Positions 38,275-49,495 are shown, counted from the stretch's first letter. The stretch is 64,000 nt of DNA from an uncultured delta proteobacterium (GCA_963752595.1 CAVVYZ010000013.1:96001-160000); one strand, 5' to 3'. Program-made: numbers and translations. The notes: generated by a model not told the origin, from the sequence alone.

Positions 38275-38703
38275 TTAAAGATTTATCGCCTGTGGCTGCT
38301 GAGCCTCATGGGGATGGGCTTCGCCTTTATATACCTTGAGTTTTTTCAGCATGCTGTTCCCGAGGCTGTTCTTGGGAAGCATGCCTTTGACTGCATGTCT
38401 GATGATCTCCTCAGGCCTCGTTTCCATAACCTGACGAGCCGTACGCTCCCTGAGTCCGCCCCTGTATCCGCTGTGGTTGTAATACATTTTCTGTTCCATT
38501 TTGTTTCCGGTGAGCTTGATCTTCTCGGCGTTGATGATCACGACAAAATCTCCCACATCGGTATGAGGCGTATAGGTGGGCTTTGTCTTGCCCCTCAAGA
38601 TGGATGCAACATCGGCAGCAAGCCTGCCCAGGACTTTGTCCTTGGCATCGACGAGCACCCAGTTTCTCTCGACCTCGTCTTTCTTTGCGATGAACGTACT
38701 CAT
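38275..38703 (-). CDS. rplM: 50S ribosomal protein L13
   Basis: WVLVDA...LGRLA...YTPHTDVGD...AVKGMLPKN...HPHEAQQP. Confidence 0.98.
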   Translation of the reverse strand: MSTFIAKKDEVERNWVLVDAKDKVLGRLAADVASILRGKTKPTYTPHTDVGDFVVIINAEKIKLTGNKMEQKMYYNHSGYRGGLRERTARQVMETRPEEIIRHAVKGMLPKNSLGNSMLKKLKVYKGEAHPHEAQQPQAINL

Positions 38704-38933
38704 TCTTAATTCTCCTTACCTGCTAAATAGGGTTCGGATATAGCCGACATTGTGCATGGATGTCAAGCATTGATCGAAAATTCATAGGCATTCTCGTATG
38801 GAGAAGCGCCCCTGGGGTAAAAACATAGCCGGTGCTGCCTTTTAGGCATACATAATATATAATGGTTAAGTGATCGGGAAATAGTACGATACATTCTTAT
38901 AGAACCGATATATTTGATAAGTGGGAAGGTTTT

Positions 38934-39314
38934 ATGAAAAAAGTGCTGATAGTCGATGATGACCCCGGTGTTCACAGCATCATCAATGCGATCATCCAGA
39001 AGATGATGAAGGAGTGCACTTTTCTTTCCGCTTATAACGGTCTGGATGGAATCCGGACAGCAGTAGAAGAAAAGCCCGACGCGATCCTGCTGGATGTCAG
39101 CATGCCCGGCATCGACGGCTTTGAGACGTGCAGGCGCCTTAAATCCGATGAGCATACCCGCCATATCCCGGTCATCATCTTTACCGGCATGGCAACTGAT
39201 TCGGATGGGCTCTGCTCGTCAACGGACTGCGGCGCTGATGCGGTCCTGGCAAAACCGATACGGAAAGACAGACTCATCGAAAAGCTCACATCGGTCCTTG
39301 AAAGCCGAAGATAA
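38934..39314 (+). CDS. Single-domain response regulator
   Basis: VLIVDDD, LLDVSMPGIDG, IIFTG, AKPI. Confidence 0.92.
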   Translation: MKKVLIVDDDPGVHSIINAIIQKMMKECTFLSAYNGLDGIRTAVEEKPDAILLDVSMPGIDGFETCRRLKSDEHTRHIPVIIFTGMATDSDGLCSSTDCGADAVLAKPIRKDRLIEKLTSVLESRR

Positions 39315-39459
39315 TCACATCGTTTTTATATCCTCAAAATGTTTATCATTTGATTTACTTTCGAAACTGCATTATCTCTTAAGATATGCCCGGTTCGATC
39401 AGGAGATACAGGGATCAATCATCTTGACATAGTTAAATCTTTTTTATTGATAGGGGATT

Positions 39460-40392
39460 ATGGGAGTCGATGTCGTAATTACTGCCGGTGACGGAAGAGC
39501 CGCACGTAAGGTATTCAAAAAGAACAAAGCGCTGCTCGATGTGGCCGGGGAACCGATTATCAGGCATATCGTGGAGGTGCTGCTGAAGTGCGACGAGATC
39601 GATAATATCGTCGTGATCGGTCCCAAGGAGGCATTTGAGGAGGTCATCGGCGATCTCGATGTGCGGATTGTCCAACAGAAAAGAAGCCTTGCCGAGAACG
39701 GCTGGGAAGGGTTCCTCAACACGATTGACGAATACCGGCAGACGGGCAGGCTCACTCCAGAAATTATCGAGGCATACCGCAACAAGCATGTCCTTTTCGT
39801 TTCCGGTGATATCCCCCTCATCTCTGTGAAGGAGATCCGGGAGTTCATATCCCAGTGCGATATGGAGAAGTATGATTATGTTGCAGGGGCAACCTCCGAG
39901 GAGATCCTGAAGCTCTTCGGCCCAAGAAAGGGGAGGCCGGGGATCAAGATGGCCACGTTCCACTTGCGGGACGGCAACGTACGGCAGAACAATCTTCATA
40001 TGGCAAGGCCGTTCGTCCTGCTGGAGAGCATTGATCTGGTGCTCAAGGCATATGAGTACCGCTATCAGAGGGAGCCCTTCTATATCATACGTTCTCTTGG
40101 CGAGATCATCAGGCTCGGGAAAGGGAATATCATCCAGACCCTGTGGATATACCTTGCACTCCAAATTTCCGCAGGCCTCTCGGCCATAGGTTTCGGGCGG
40201 GCCGCCCGCATCGTGAGCTTCCCTGTTACCCAATCCCGGATCGAGCGGTTGATCTCCCGGATACTGAATGCACGGTTCAAAATCGCGAAGACGACCGTAG
40301 GAGGCGCTGCGCTCGATGTGGACAATGAGAAGGACTACATCATCCTCTCGGTGATGTACCGCGACTGGATGAATCAGATCAGCGAAGCATGA
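39460..40392 (+). CDS. MobA-like NTP transferase family protein
   Basis: VVITAGDG..KNKALLDVAGEPII; VSGDIPLI; ALDVDN. Confidence 0.8.
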   Translation: MGVDVVITAGDGRAARKVFKKNKALLDVAGEPIIRHIVEVLLKCDEIDNIVVIGPKEAFEEVIGDLDVRIVQQKRSLAENGWEGFLNTIDEYRQTGRLTPEIIEAYRNKHVLFVSGDIPLISVKEIREFISQCDMEKYDYVAGATSEEILKLFGPRKGRPGIKMATFHLRDGNVRQNNLHMARPFVLLESIDLVLKAYEYRYQREPFYIIRSLGEIIRLGKGNIIQTLWIYLALQISAGLSAIGFGRAARIVSFPVTQSRIERLISRILNARFKIAKTTVGGAALDVDNEKDYIILSVMYRDWMNQISEA

Positions 40393-41385
40393 TCACCATT
40401 TCGCAAAGTGGTCCTCTGCGAAGCCCGGGCACAAGTCGATGCGGATTACCTCACCTTCATCCGTCTTCAAAGTCCCTTCGAAGACCCCGAACAGCTGGGT
40501 GAACCTGGTGGCAATGAGCAGGGCGTTGATCTTCTCCTCGCGGGAGGCCTCGGGATGAAAAGTCAGGTCGATCTTTTTGTCGCAGGAATGGATGTGCCAC
40601 GGCGAAGAGAGATTCCCGCGTTCGAATTCGAAGTCAACCGTGTCCACCTTGGTCATGATTCCGTTGATCCAGAATACGTTTTCCGTATAGCTTGTTTCAT
40701 TAACCCCGCAGGAGAGGTTTAATCCGAGGCTTCTCCCATCGTCGAGGCTGAAGGCAGTCGATGCCCAGTTCCAGCAGGTATTCCTCCGCATGAAGCCGCA
40801 TGTCCAGTCCGAGAGTGCCCAATAGGCAGGGGATGAGAGGTCGTGCCGGCTGGATCTGTGTGTCATGCTCCCTTTTATGCGCATAGGACTTGTCTTCTGG
40901 GTATACACCCATCCCCTGTACCCGGCCCTGGTACATATCCTTAAAGGAGAGGTCGAATTCGGGTCGAGCGAGACCTCGAGGGACAGGTCTTTCCCCAGCG
41001 CTTTCAGCGAGTCTTTTTTCATGTCGATGACCATCTTGCCGCTTCTGAAAACGCTTCTCGGCTTCTCGGGGAACGGGTCGATGGCAGTGGATGAAAAGGG
41101 AAGGGCGATCTTTTTCGTTTCCGTGATTTCCCCGGTCTCCCGGTCATAGAGGTAGAAAAAACCGTTTGAGAGATACTTGAGATCCACTATCCCGATCCCT
41201 GCAAGGATCTCCGGGCCGATGATCCCGATGAAATGGAACTGGTTCGCCAGAAACCTTCTGAATACGGAGGGGATGCGCAAGCCGAGAGGCGTTTCCAGAG
41301 GATAATCCTCATAGTTGATCCTGCCCACAGGCTCGCTGTACATTCCCCATTTCACAAGGCCTCTACCGTTGACGAGTGCATCCAT
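40393..41385 (-). CDS. DUF2804 family protein
   Basis: GWVYTQK, DWTCGFMRRNTCWNWAS, GLNLSCGVNE...ENVFW, EDHFAKW terminus. Confidence 0.85.
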   Translation of the reverse strand: MDALVNGRGLVKWGMYSEPVGRINYEDYPLETPLGLRIPSVFRRFLANQFHFIGIIGPEILAGIGIVDLKYLSNGFFYLYDRETGEITETKKIALPFSSTAIDPFPEKPRSVFRSGKMVIDMKKDSLKALGKDLSLEVSLDPNSTSPLRICTRAGYRGWVYTQKTSPMRIKGSMTHRSSRHDLSSPAYWALSDWTCGFMRRNTCWNWASTAFSLDDGRSLGLNLSCGVNETSYTENVFWINGIMTKVDTVDFEFERGNLSSPWHIHSCDKKIDLTFHPEASREEKINALLIATRFTQLFGVFEGTLKTDEGEVIRIDLCPGFAEDHFAKW

Positions 41386-41498
41386 GGCAACCTCCGGTGA
41401 TTCATAATGGCAAAGCAGAGTATACTGTAATTCCCTTATCATACATGTATAATATTGGATAGGCAGGAATCTAGCGAGAGGATGAAAAATGGGAGGGG

Positions 41499-43445
41499 TT
41501 AATCGAGATAATCTTCGAAGCCTGGTGTACCTGAGGACGAGGGTTTTCCGGAGACGGTCGTGATGTCTTTGCTCAGCTCTTTTACCTGCTGTTCCATGTA
41601 ATCCTCGAACCCCGGGTTGTCGGTGCCCATGGCCGGTTCTTTTTTCTCTTCGCCGGATGTCTTTGCGTTCTGATGTTTACTATCAAGATAATCTTCAAAG
41701 CCGGCTGCATCTTCATGAAACGTCTTTTTAGGATTTGCGTGTGCATCAGCCGGCTGCTGCTTCGGCTGCTCAGGAGTGTGGTGAAGATCCAGCATTTTTT
41801 CATTCTTGATGTAGTTGGTTTCCACCACATCAGAGATTTCCAGCATCTTTTTTACGACATTTTTGATTTTGATTGCCTCGGCCTTGACTTCATTCAGGTT
41901 GCCGATCATGTTCTTGTTCGCGCTCGCCTCTTTGGTGAGCATATCGAGCTTGAGGAGTATCGTGGTAAGGGGTGAGTTGATTTCATGATTGGCCGCTATG
42001 GCTGTCTTTGAAACCGCAGCGAGTCTCTGGGCCTTGATGTTCTTGGTGATGAGCATTGCCCTCTGGATAGCCTGGGCCCCGACCTCGGCAATGGTTCGAA
42101 GAAGCAGGAGTTTCTGGTTCATTTCATCCTGCCCTGCATGTTCCTGGGGCATGGCTTCGATCACGCCGATGACCTTATTGTCCACCCTCAGCGGCGCGTG
42201 GATGAAACTGATGCCCTTGGGGTAGACGCCGTTCGTGCGGTCGAGCAGTTCCTTGGTCCCGCCTGTCATCCCGCTTTTCGTCTGGGGGGTATTGCTGATC
42301 CAGAAGGATTCTGTAATCATGATCCTTAAATTGTTCAGGCGCATGAGGCACCGGGTCTTTTTTGCATCGAGGATGGTGAGCGCACTCGCAGTGAGTATGT
42401 TGAGAATGTCGGAGAGCTTCAGCGATGACTGGAGCTGGCTGCTCATCTGGTTGAGGCTGGAGAGCTCGACGGTCCTCCGTTCCAGGGCCATTTTTTTCTG
42501 TTCGAGGTCGAGGCTCAGCTTCCCGAGCTGGGCATTCGCGTACTGCAGGACTTCAAAATACGTTTTCGGCTCTGCCTTTGGTATACCCATTTCTTCGCTG
42601 ATGCTGGATATGCTGTCTTTCAGCGAAATGGAGACATCCTGAATATCGTGGCTTGTCAGGTTCATCTGGGAGAGGAGAGAAGGATCGACAAACCCTCTGT
42701 CGGATTGGCCTATGCCGAGCCCCAGGTGGTTTGTCACGATATCGGCAACATGCACGATGGCGCAGAGCCGTCCGGCTTCATCGTCATTGGTAACTTCGGC
42801 GATGCTGTGGTGGTACCCCACGGTCTTGCACAGAATCGCAGGCAGGTTCCATTTCTCCATGAGACACCTGCCCAGGCTTGCATGGTCTACACCGATGATG
42901 TTCTGCTCTACCTCGATTATATCGGTGTTGGCGCGATTCATGACCTCCAGCACCTCGGAGTATTCTCCATTCTTGCACAGGACCTGGTCGGCTACCACCT
43001 TGCCCAGATCATGCAGAAGCCCGGCAATGAAGGCATTCTCCGCCGATGAGGGGAAGATCTTCGCAGCAATATTTTTTGCGCATACCGCACAGGCGATACT
43101 GTGCTGCCAGAATTTGTAGAAATCCAGGGCACATTTGTCCTTGCTGCTGAACATATTGATCACGCTTATGCTCAGGACGATGCTCTTAAGCACATTGAAC
43201 CCCAGCAGCACCACGGCCCCACGGATGGTGGATATCTCCTGAATCCTCCGGTAAAAAGGCGAGTTTGCCACTTTGAGCACCTTGATTGACAGTGCCTGAT
43301 CTTTTTCCACCAGATCGGCTATCTGTTTGGCGCTCACCTTCGAGTCGAGGGTCTTCTCCATGACGGCAGTCGCGATAGAAGGTAACGTAGGGATATCGAT
43401 GTCATCCAGCATCGATTTAATCTCGTCAAGTGCTTTTCTCATCAT
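41499..43445 (-). CDS. HDOD-domain signalling protein with HisKA-like helix and repeat tail
   Basis: IPTLP, KVLKVANSPFY, FWQHS, AGLLHDLGK; H-box NHEINSPLT; no HATPase domain. Confidence 0.9.
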   Translation of the reverse strand: MMRKALDEIKSMLDDIDIPTLPSIATAVMEKTLDSKVSAKQIADLVEKDQALSIKVLKVANSPFYRRIQEISTIRGAVVLLGFNVLKSIVLSISVINMFSSKDKCALDFYKFWQHSIACAVCAKNIAAKIFPSSAENAFIAGLLHDLGKVVADQVLCKNGEYSEVLEVMNRANTDIIEVEQNIIGVDHASLGRCLMEKWNLPAILCKTVGYHHSIAEVTNDDEAGRLCAIVHVADIVTNHLGLGIGQSDRGFVDPSLLSQMNLTSHDIQDVSISLKDSISSISEEMGIPKAEPKTYFEVLQYANAQLGKLSLDLEQKKMALERRTVELSSLNQMSSQLQSSLKLSDILNILTASALTILDAKKTRCLMRLNNLRIMITESFWISNTPQTKSGMTGGTKELLDRTNGVYPKGISFIHAPLRVDNKVIGVIEAMPQEHAGQDEMNQKLLLLRTIAEVGAQAIQRAMLITKNIKAQRLAAVSKTAIAANHEINSPLTTILLKLDMLTKEASANKNMIGNLNEVKAEAIKIKNVVKKMLEISDVVETNYIKNEKMLDLHHTPEQPKQQPADAHANPKKTFHEDAAGFEDYLDSKHQNAKTSGEEKKEPAMGTDNPGFEDYMEQQVKELSKDITTVSGKPSSSGTPGFEDYLD

Positions 43446-43513
43446 CTAAGACCTTATCGTTTAAAGATGTTCCAATCTTGAGTCCGAAGGATGAATATGA
43501 TAGTCAAAATGTA

Positions 43514-44578
43514 ATGAAGTCCCACCGAGAGAAAACGAAAAGGATTTTTCTGGGTTCCGTGCCCATAGGCGATGGCGCACCTGTTACGATCCAGTCCATG
43601 ACGAATACGGATACGAGGGACAGGGGAAAGACCATATCCCAGATCCATTCCCTTGAAAAAGCAGGCTGCGACATAATACGCATCAGCATCCCGGATGGGG
43701 AATCTGCATCAGCCCTTAAAGATATCAAGAAAGATGTCCGCATCCCTGTCGTGGCAGATATCCATTTCGATTACAGGCTCGCCATCGCTGCAATTGAAAG
43801 CGGGGCGGACGGCATCAGAATAAATCCCGGAAACATCGGCGGCTCGGAAAAGGTCATGGCCGTGGCCAGGGCAGCTAATGAAGCAGGTATCCCGGTTCGC
43901 ATCGGGGTAAACCTGGGTTCGGTGAAGAAGAGTATCCTCGATGCATATGGAAACGACCGGATTGGAGCCCTGGTGGAGAATGCCAGGCAGTATGTGAGCA
44001 TGCTTGAAGATATGGGCGTGCAGTCCATCAAGGTTTCTCTCAAGTCCTCGGATGTGCTGGAGACCATCGAATCCTACCGGCGTTTTGCCCGTATCTGCAC
44101 CTGGCCGCTCCATCTGGGCGTGACCGAAGCGGGAACCCTTTTTTCGGGTGCGATCCGTTCCTCTGTCGGCATCGGGGCGCTCCTGCTGGAAGGTATCGGA
44201 GACACTATCCGGATATCGCTGGCCGCAGATCCTCTTCAGGAGGTTCTTGCAGGCCGGGTGCTCCTGGAGAGCATAGGTCTACGGAAGGAAGGGGTGCGGG
44301 TCATCGCCTGCCCCACCTGCGCCCGGACGAATGCCGATGTTGCCGCTATCGCATCAGAAGTCGAAGATGCCTTGAAAGATGTGAAGGAACACCTGGTGGT
44401 GGCAGTCATGGGATGTGTGGTGAACGGCCCCGGAGAGGCGAGGATAGCGGACCTCGGGGTTGCCTGCGACAAGGGCGGCGCTATGCTGTTCGTCCGCGGG
44501 GAGCCGTTGCGCAGGATCGAGACATCGGAAATCACGAAGAGTCTGTTGGATGAAATAAAGAAGGAGTTATCGAAATGA
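43514..44578 (+). CDS. ispG: HMBPP synthase
   Basis: IQSMTNT, VADIHFDY, RINPGN, LHLGVTEAG, CPTCAR, MGCVVNGPGE. Confidence 0.97.
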   Translation: MKSHREKTKRIFLGSVPIGDGAPVTIQSMTNTDTRDRGKTISQIHSLEKAGCDIIRISIPDGESASALKDIKKDVRIPVVADIHFDYRLAIAAIESGADGIRINPGNIGGSEKVMAVARAANEAGIPVRIGVNLGSVKKSILDAYGNDRIGALVENARQYVSMLEDMGVQSIKVSLKSSDVLETIESYRRFARICTWPLHLGVTEAGTLFSGAIRSSVGIGALLLEGIGDTIRISLAADPLQEVLAGRVLLESIGLRKEGVRVIACPTCARTNADVAAIASEVEDALKDVKEHLVVAVMGCVVNGPGEARIADLGVACDKGGAMLFVRGEPLRRIETSEITKSLLDEIKKELSK

Positions 44579-46290
44579 AATTATCTTCCATGTTTTTGCA
44601 TACGCTGAAAGAAGACCCGCGGGATGCGGAGGTCATAAGCCATAAGCTGATGCTTCGCGCCTCCATGATCAAGAAGCTCGCCTCCGGCATCTACTCCTAC
44701 CTTCCCTATGGGCTTAAGGCCTTAAGAAAGGTGGAGAAGGTTATCCGGGAGGAGATGAATACGGCCGGCGCCCAGGAAGTTCTGATGCCTGCGGTGCAGC
44801 CTTCCGAGGTCTGGAAGGAGAGTGGCAGGTGGAACGTGTACGGAAAGGAACTCTTAAGGTTCCAAGACAGGAAGGGCGGCGAGTTTGCCTTGGGTCCGAC
44901 ACACGAAGAGGTGATCACCTCCATCGTCAGGGACGAGGTGCATTCCTATCGTGACCTCCCGGTCAACCTTTACCAGATCCAGACGAAATTCCGCGACGAG
45001 ATCAGGCCCCGGTTCGGCGTCATGCGATCCCGTGAATTCATTATGAAGGATGCCTATTCCTTCGACATCGATGACCAGGGGGCAGAGAAGAGTTACGAGG
45101 CCATGTACAAAGCCTACGAGCGCATTTTCAGCAGATGCGGGCTCAAATTCAAGCCGGTTGAGGCAGACACCGGCCCCATCGGGGGCAACTTCTCGCATGA
45201 ATTCATGGTCCTGGCCTCTACCGGAGAGGACATCATCCTGAGCTGCGCGAAATGCAGCTACGCAGCGAATCTGGAAAAGGCCGAGATCGCACGGCCCGCG
45301 TCCCTTGACCTGCGGCCATCCCCTGCAGGCAGCCCTGAAAAGGTACATACCCCGGGTGTCAGGACAGTGGAAGAGGTATGCGGGTTTCTCGGGGTTACCC
45401 CGAAAGACCTCGTCAAGACCCTTATCTATACAACTGACAAAGGGATCGTCGCTGCCCTGGTGCGGGGTGATCACGAGGTGAACGAGGCAAAGCTCAAACG
45501 GGCGGCAGGCTGCGAGACGCTGGAACTGGCCGATGAGGCTACCATCGAGAAGTATACAAAGGCGCCCCGGGGATTTGCCGGCCCCGTCGGCCTTTCCATA
45601 AAAAAGATCGCGGATTTCGCTCTCCTGGAATCAGGTTCCAGCGTCACCGGGGCCAACGAGGAGGATTACCATCTCAGGAACGTATGGCTTTCCCGCGATG
45701 CTCAGATCAATCTTATAGCGGATATCAGGAATGCACAGGAAGGCGACACTTGCCCCCGGTGCGAAGAGGGGACCCTGGGCGCCATACGGGGTATCGAGGT
45801 CGGGCATATCTTCAAGCTGGGCACAAAGTACTCGAAGGCCATGAATGCATGCTATCTCGATGTGAACGGCGACCTCAAGCCCATCATCATGGGATGCTAC
45901 GGGATCGGGGTAAGCCGCGTGCTGGCTGCTGCAATCGAGCAGTATGCGGACGAGAACGGGGTTGTGTTCCCTGTCCCAATCGCGCCCTATCCGGTCGTTG
46001 TGCTTCCGGTGAGTATTACCGATGAGAAGGTCATGAGCGAGGCGCTCCGGATCTATGACGAGCTGAACCGTCGAGGGATCGATACCCTCATGGACGACCG
46101 GGATGCACGGCCCGGGGTGAAATTCATGGATGCGGACCTCATCGGCGTCCCCTACCGGATAACCGTAGGGGCGAGAGGATTGAAGGAAGGCATTGTCGAG
46201 GTAAAGGAGAGGAGCTCCGGAACCGTTGAAAAAGTCCCCCTCCAGGAGGTAATAGACTACTGTTTTGCACGAGTGAAGGTGTTAGGATAA
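44575..46290 (+). CDS. proS: Proline--tRNA ligase (bacterial type with INS editing domain)
   Basis: LGPTHEE, KFRDEIRPRFG, GIEVGHIFKLG, MGCYGIG. Confidence 0.98.
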   Translation: MKLSSMFLHTLKEDPRDAEVISHKLMLRASMIKKLASGIYSYLPYGLKALRKVEKVIREEMNTAGAQEVLMPAVQPSEVWKESGRWNVYGKELLRFQDRKGGEFALGPTHEEVITSIVRDEVHSYRDLPVNLYQIQTKFRDEIRPRFGVMRSREFIMKDAYSFDIDDQGAEKSYEAMYKAYERIFSRCGLKFKPVEADTGPIGGNFSHEFMVLASTGEDIILSCAKCSYAANLEKAEIARPASLDLRPSPAGSPEKVHTPGVRTVEEVCGFLGVTPKDLVKTLIYTTDKGIVAALVRGDHEVNEAKLKRAAGCETLELADEATIEKYTKAPRGFAGPVGLSIKKIADFALLESGSSVTGANEEDYHLRNVWLSRDAQINLIADIRNAQEGDTCPRCEEGTLGAIRGIEVGHIFKLGTKYSKAMNACYLDVNGDLKPIIMGCYGIGVSRVLAAAIEQYADENGVVFPVPIAPYPVVVLPVSITDEKVMSEALRIYDELNRRGIDTLMDDRDARPGVKFMDADLIGVPYRITVGARGLKEGIVEVKERSSGTVEKVPLQEVIDYCFARVKVLG

Positions 46291-46294
46291 ATTA

Positions 46295-48400
46295 TTGACA
46301 GTACGGATCAATGACATACTCGATGAAGTGTCTGCATATATCTCGGATGCAGACAAGAGGATCATAGAAAAGGCGTACGTTTTTTCCGCCCGGGTACACC
46401 AGGGGCAGACGCGGCTGAGCGGCGAGCCCTACCTGAACCATCCCCTGGAGGTCGCTTATCTCATCGCTCAGATGCACCTGGATACAACCGCTGTGGTGGC
46501 GGCACTGCTCCACGATGCCATCGAAGACTCCTTCACCAAGCTGGAGGATATCAGCGCCCAGTTCGGAGAGGAGGTCACCCAGGTCGTGGACGGGCTTACC
46601 AAGATCTCCAAGATCGACTTCCGATCCAAGGAGGAGCAGCAGGCTGAGAACTTCCGGAAGATGATCCTTGCCATGAGCAAGGATTTACGGATTCTCCTCA
46701 TCAAGCTCACCGACCGGCTTCACAACATGCGCACCCTCCAGTACCACAACTCGGCCTCCCAGCAGAGGATTGCCCGGGAAACCCTCGACATCTATGCGCC
46801 GCTGGCAAACAGGCTGGGCATCTACTGGCTCCAGGTTGAGCTCGAGGAGCTGAGCCTGAAGTATCTCGACCCGCAGGGGTATAAAACACTGAAGACCAAG
46901 CTCGACTCCATTGCCAAGGCCAAGGAAGAGTACCTGAAGGAAGTAATGGGCCAGATCCAGTCTAAACTGGGTGAGTCAGGGCTCAAGGCCGAGGTCAAGG
47001 GCAGGATCAAGCATGTTTACAGCGTGTATCAGAAGCTGAAAAAGCAGGGGATCCCCTTCGAAGATGTGTATGATGTCCTCGGGGTAAGGGTACTCGTCGG
47101 ATCCGTGGCGGAGTGCTACGAGACTTTGGGCATTATCCACTCCGAATGGAAGCCGATTCAATCGAGGATCAAAGATTTCATCGCCATGCCCAAGACAAAT
47201 ATGTATCAGTCGCTCCACACAACGGTTTTCGGCCCCGGCGGCGAGCGGATAGAAATCCAGATCCGAACCAGGGAGATGGACTTCTTTGCAAACGAGGGGA
47301 TTGCGGCTCACTGGCGGTATAAGGACGGGACCCGGGTGAGCGAGCAGGACGGCGAAAAGCTTACGTGGCTCAGGCAGCTCCTGGAATGGCAGAAGGAGCT
47401 CAAAGACCCCAGAGAGTTCCTCCAGAGCGTCAAGATAGATCTCTATCCCGAGGATGTCTATGTATTTACCCCCAAAGGGGAGGTAAGGCGTTTCCCGGTG
47501 GGGGCAACGCCTCTGGATTTTGCCTACAGCGTGCACACCCAGCTCGGGAACCAGTGCACCGGCGCCAAGGTAAACGGCAAGATCGTGCCGCTCCGGTACA
47601 AGCTCAACAGCGGAGACGTCATCGAGATCCTCAGGTCATCCAAGCAGCGGCCGAGCAAGGACTGGCTCCGTATCGCCAAAACGTCCCGGGCAAAGACAAA
47701 GATAAAATCGTGGCTGAGGACCCAGGAGATCGAGCAGAGCATCGCCCTGGGCAGGGAGATCCTGGAAAAGAAGATCAGAAGTCTGCATCTGGTCAAGGAT
47801 CTCGATTATGAAGAGCTTGCAAAGGAGGCATCCCATAAAAATGTAGATGACCTCTTCATGGCCATCGGCTTCGGCAGGATCTCGGTAAACCAGGTGCTGG
47901 CCAAATATGCGCCTGAAGAGCAGAAAAAAACCCAGAAAACGCCGGATCACAAAAAAAAGCAGGACTCTTCGAGTATTGTCGTCAAGGGGGTGGAGAACCT
48001 CCTCGTGCGGTATGCAAAGTGCTGCAGGCCGATACCCGGAGACGATGTCATGGGATTCATCACACGGGGGAGGGGCATCACGGTTCACCGGTCCAATTGC
48101 TCATATGTGGCAGAGATAGATGCACAGCGTCTCATCCCCGTCGAGTGGGACACGGAGATCTCGGAAAGCCACGAGATAGAATTTTCGGTGACGTGCGTAG
48201 ATAAACCGGGCATGCTGGGTCTCATTACCGCAGCCATCGGGGAGAAGAAAATCAATATCTCAACCATGAAGGCCTTCTCCGTGGTGCACGGGAGTTCGGT
48301 ATGCATCTTCAGGGTTATGGTGAAGAATCTCTCGGAGCTTAAGGATCTTTTTAACGATATCAGAAAATTAAAGGGCGTTGAAAAGATCGAGCGGCAATAG
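46295..48400 (+). CDS. spoT: Bifunctional (p)ppGpp synthetase/hydrolase (Rel/SpoT)
   Basis: GEPYLNHP, intact HD motif LLHDAIED, RIKD, YQSLHT, TGS, AKCCRPIPGD, ACT. Confidence 0.96.
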   Translation: MTVRINDILDEVSAYISDADKRIIEKAYVFSARVHQGQTRLSGEPYLNHPLEVAYLIAQMHLDTTAVVAALLHDAIEDSFTKLEDISAQFGEEVTQVVDGLTKISKIDFRSKEEQQAENFRKMILAMSKDLRILLIKLTDRLHNMRTLQYHNSASQQRIARETLDIYAPLANRLGIYWLQVELEELSLKYLDPQGYKTLKTKLDSIAKAKEEYLKEVMGQIQSKLGESGLKAEVKGRIKHVYSVYQKLKKQGIPFEDVYDVLGVRVLVGSVAECYETLGIIHSEWKPIQSRIKDFIAMPKTNMYQSLHTTVFGPGGERIEIQIRTREMDFFANEGIAAHWRYKDGTRVSEQDGEKLTWLRQLLEWQKELKDPREFLQSVKIDLYPEDVYVFTPKGEVRRFPVGATPLDFAYSVHTQLGNQCTGAKVNGKIVPLRYKLNSGDVIEILRSSKQRPSKDWLRIAKTSRAKTKIKSWLRTQEIEQSIALGREILEKKIRSLHLVKDLDYEELAKEASHKNVDDLFMAIGFGRISVNQVLAKYAPEEQKKTQKTPDHKKKQDSSSIVVKGVENLLVRYAKCCRPIPGDDVMGFITRGRGITVHRSNCSYVAEIDAQRLIPVEWDTEISESHEIEFSVTCVDKPGMLGLITAAIGEKKINISTMKAFSVVHGSSVCIFRVMVKNLSELKDLFNDIRKLKGVEKIERQ

Positions 48401-48450
48401 GAAGCGGCAATCTGCCCGTCATCCGGGCGACCTTTCTCGTGCTGCGTTCC

Positions 48451-48927
48451 TTACAGCTGGGTCCTGATCTTTTCGATGATCCTGTTCTCGATGACCTTAT
48501 TGGAAATGCATTCATGCCATTCCTGGGAAACATTCCTGTCGTAGGCCTCTATATGTGCCGTGACTTTGACCTTGGTGCTCATATCGTTGATGGGGGTGAT
48601 CAGGATGCTTAAGGTATATCCCACCTGAGACCATATCGCCAGCCTGGCTGCGGAAGGTTTCTGGGCAATGGCATCGATATCATGGTGCGCCTGGGGGCCG
48701 ACAGAGTAGTTTACGAACTTCGTAATGATGACGCCCCTGTCCTTGTTCATGGAATCAATGGGGATCGATTCCTCGCTTAAGGTAACTGTGGCAGCGTCCC
48801 AGATCTTATCAAAACGTGCAAGGTAAAATGCAGTGTCATCGACCGGTTTCACGGGCTTGGGTGAGGATGCACACCCGGATATGAGAATGAGTGCCAGCAA
48901 TGCCGCTATATACGATACGTTCTTCAT
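48451..48927 (-). CDS. Hypothetical lipoprotein
   Basis: Lipobox ISG-C; FDKIWDAA..L....I.....DRGVIIT pattern. Confidence 0.75.
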   Translation of the reverse strand: MKNVSYIAALLALILISGCASSPKPVKPVDDTAFYLARFDKIWDAATVTLSEESIPIDSMNKDRGVIITKFVNYSVGPQAHHDIDAIAQKPSAARLAIWSQVGYTLSILITPINDMSTKVKVTAHIEAYDRNVSQEWHECISNKVIENRIIEKIRTQL

Positions 48928-49260
48928 TTTCTTCTCCTCACTGCAATACCATGCACGGAATCAAAAATGGTTAATTATCAGAATTATACCAGACTTACAA
49001 GGGAAAATACAGCAGCCTTTGATGCAACAAAGGGTTCCCCCGGATAGGTGTTGAGATGCTTTGTGCATCCGGGGCCCGGTCTGAACCCCATAGACTCCGG
49101 GTATTCGCTTTTTAATGTTTACGAAATATACCCGTTAAACGATGATCTAAAAAGGCTGCAGAAAAGACCCCAAGGGATGAGCCCGGATAAGGCTCCCCTT
49201 TCATTGGATTTTCTCATGAAGCATGGGAAAGGAGGTAAAGCTTGCCTGGATAAAAAAGAA

Positions 49261-49455
49261 TCAGGCCGTATGTTTCTGTATTCTTCCAGATTTGATGCAC
49301 TGCGTGCATACGGTTACTCTCCTGGCGCCCTGAGATGTATCGACCCGCACTCTCTGCAGGTTGGGTAGCCAGACCCGTTTGGTTTTGTTCTGAGCGTGAG
49401 AGACGTTATGTCCTGACTGCGGGCCCTTTCCACAAATATCACACTTTCTTGCCAT
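49261..49455 (-). CDS. rpmB: 50S ribosomal protein L28 (Cys-containing form)
   Basis: [34 protein letters not shown]...VCTQCIKSG. Confidence 0.97.
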   Translation of the reverse strand: MARKCDICGKGPQSGHNVSHAQNKTKRVWLPNLQRVRVDTSQGARRVTVCTQCIKSGRIQKHTA

Positions 49456-49495
49456 GTATTCCTGACTCTCTCTTTCTTGAGTATCGTATAAAATT

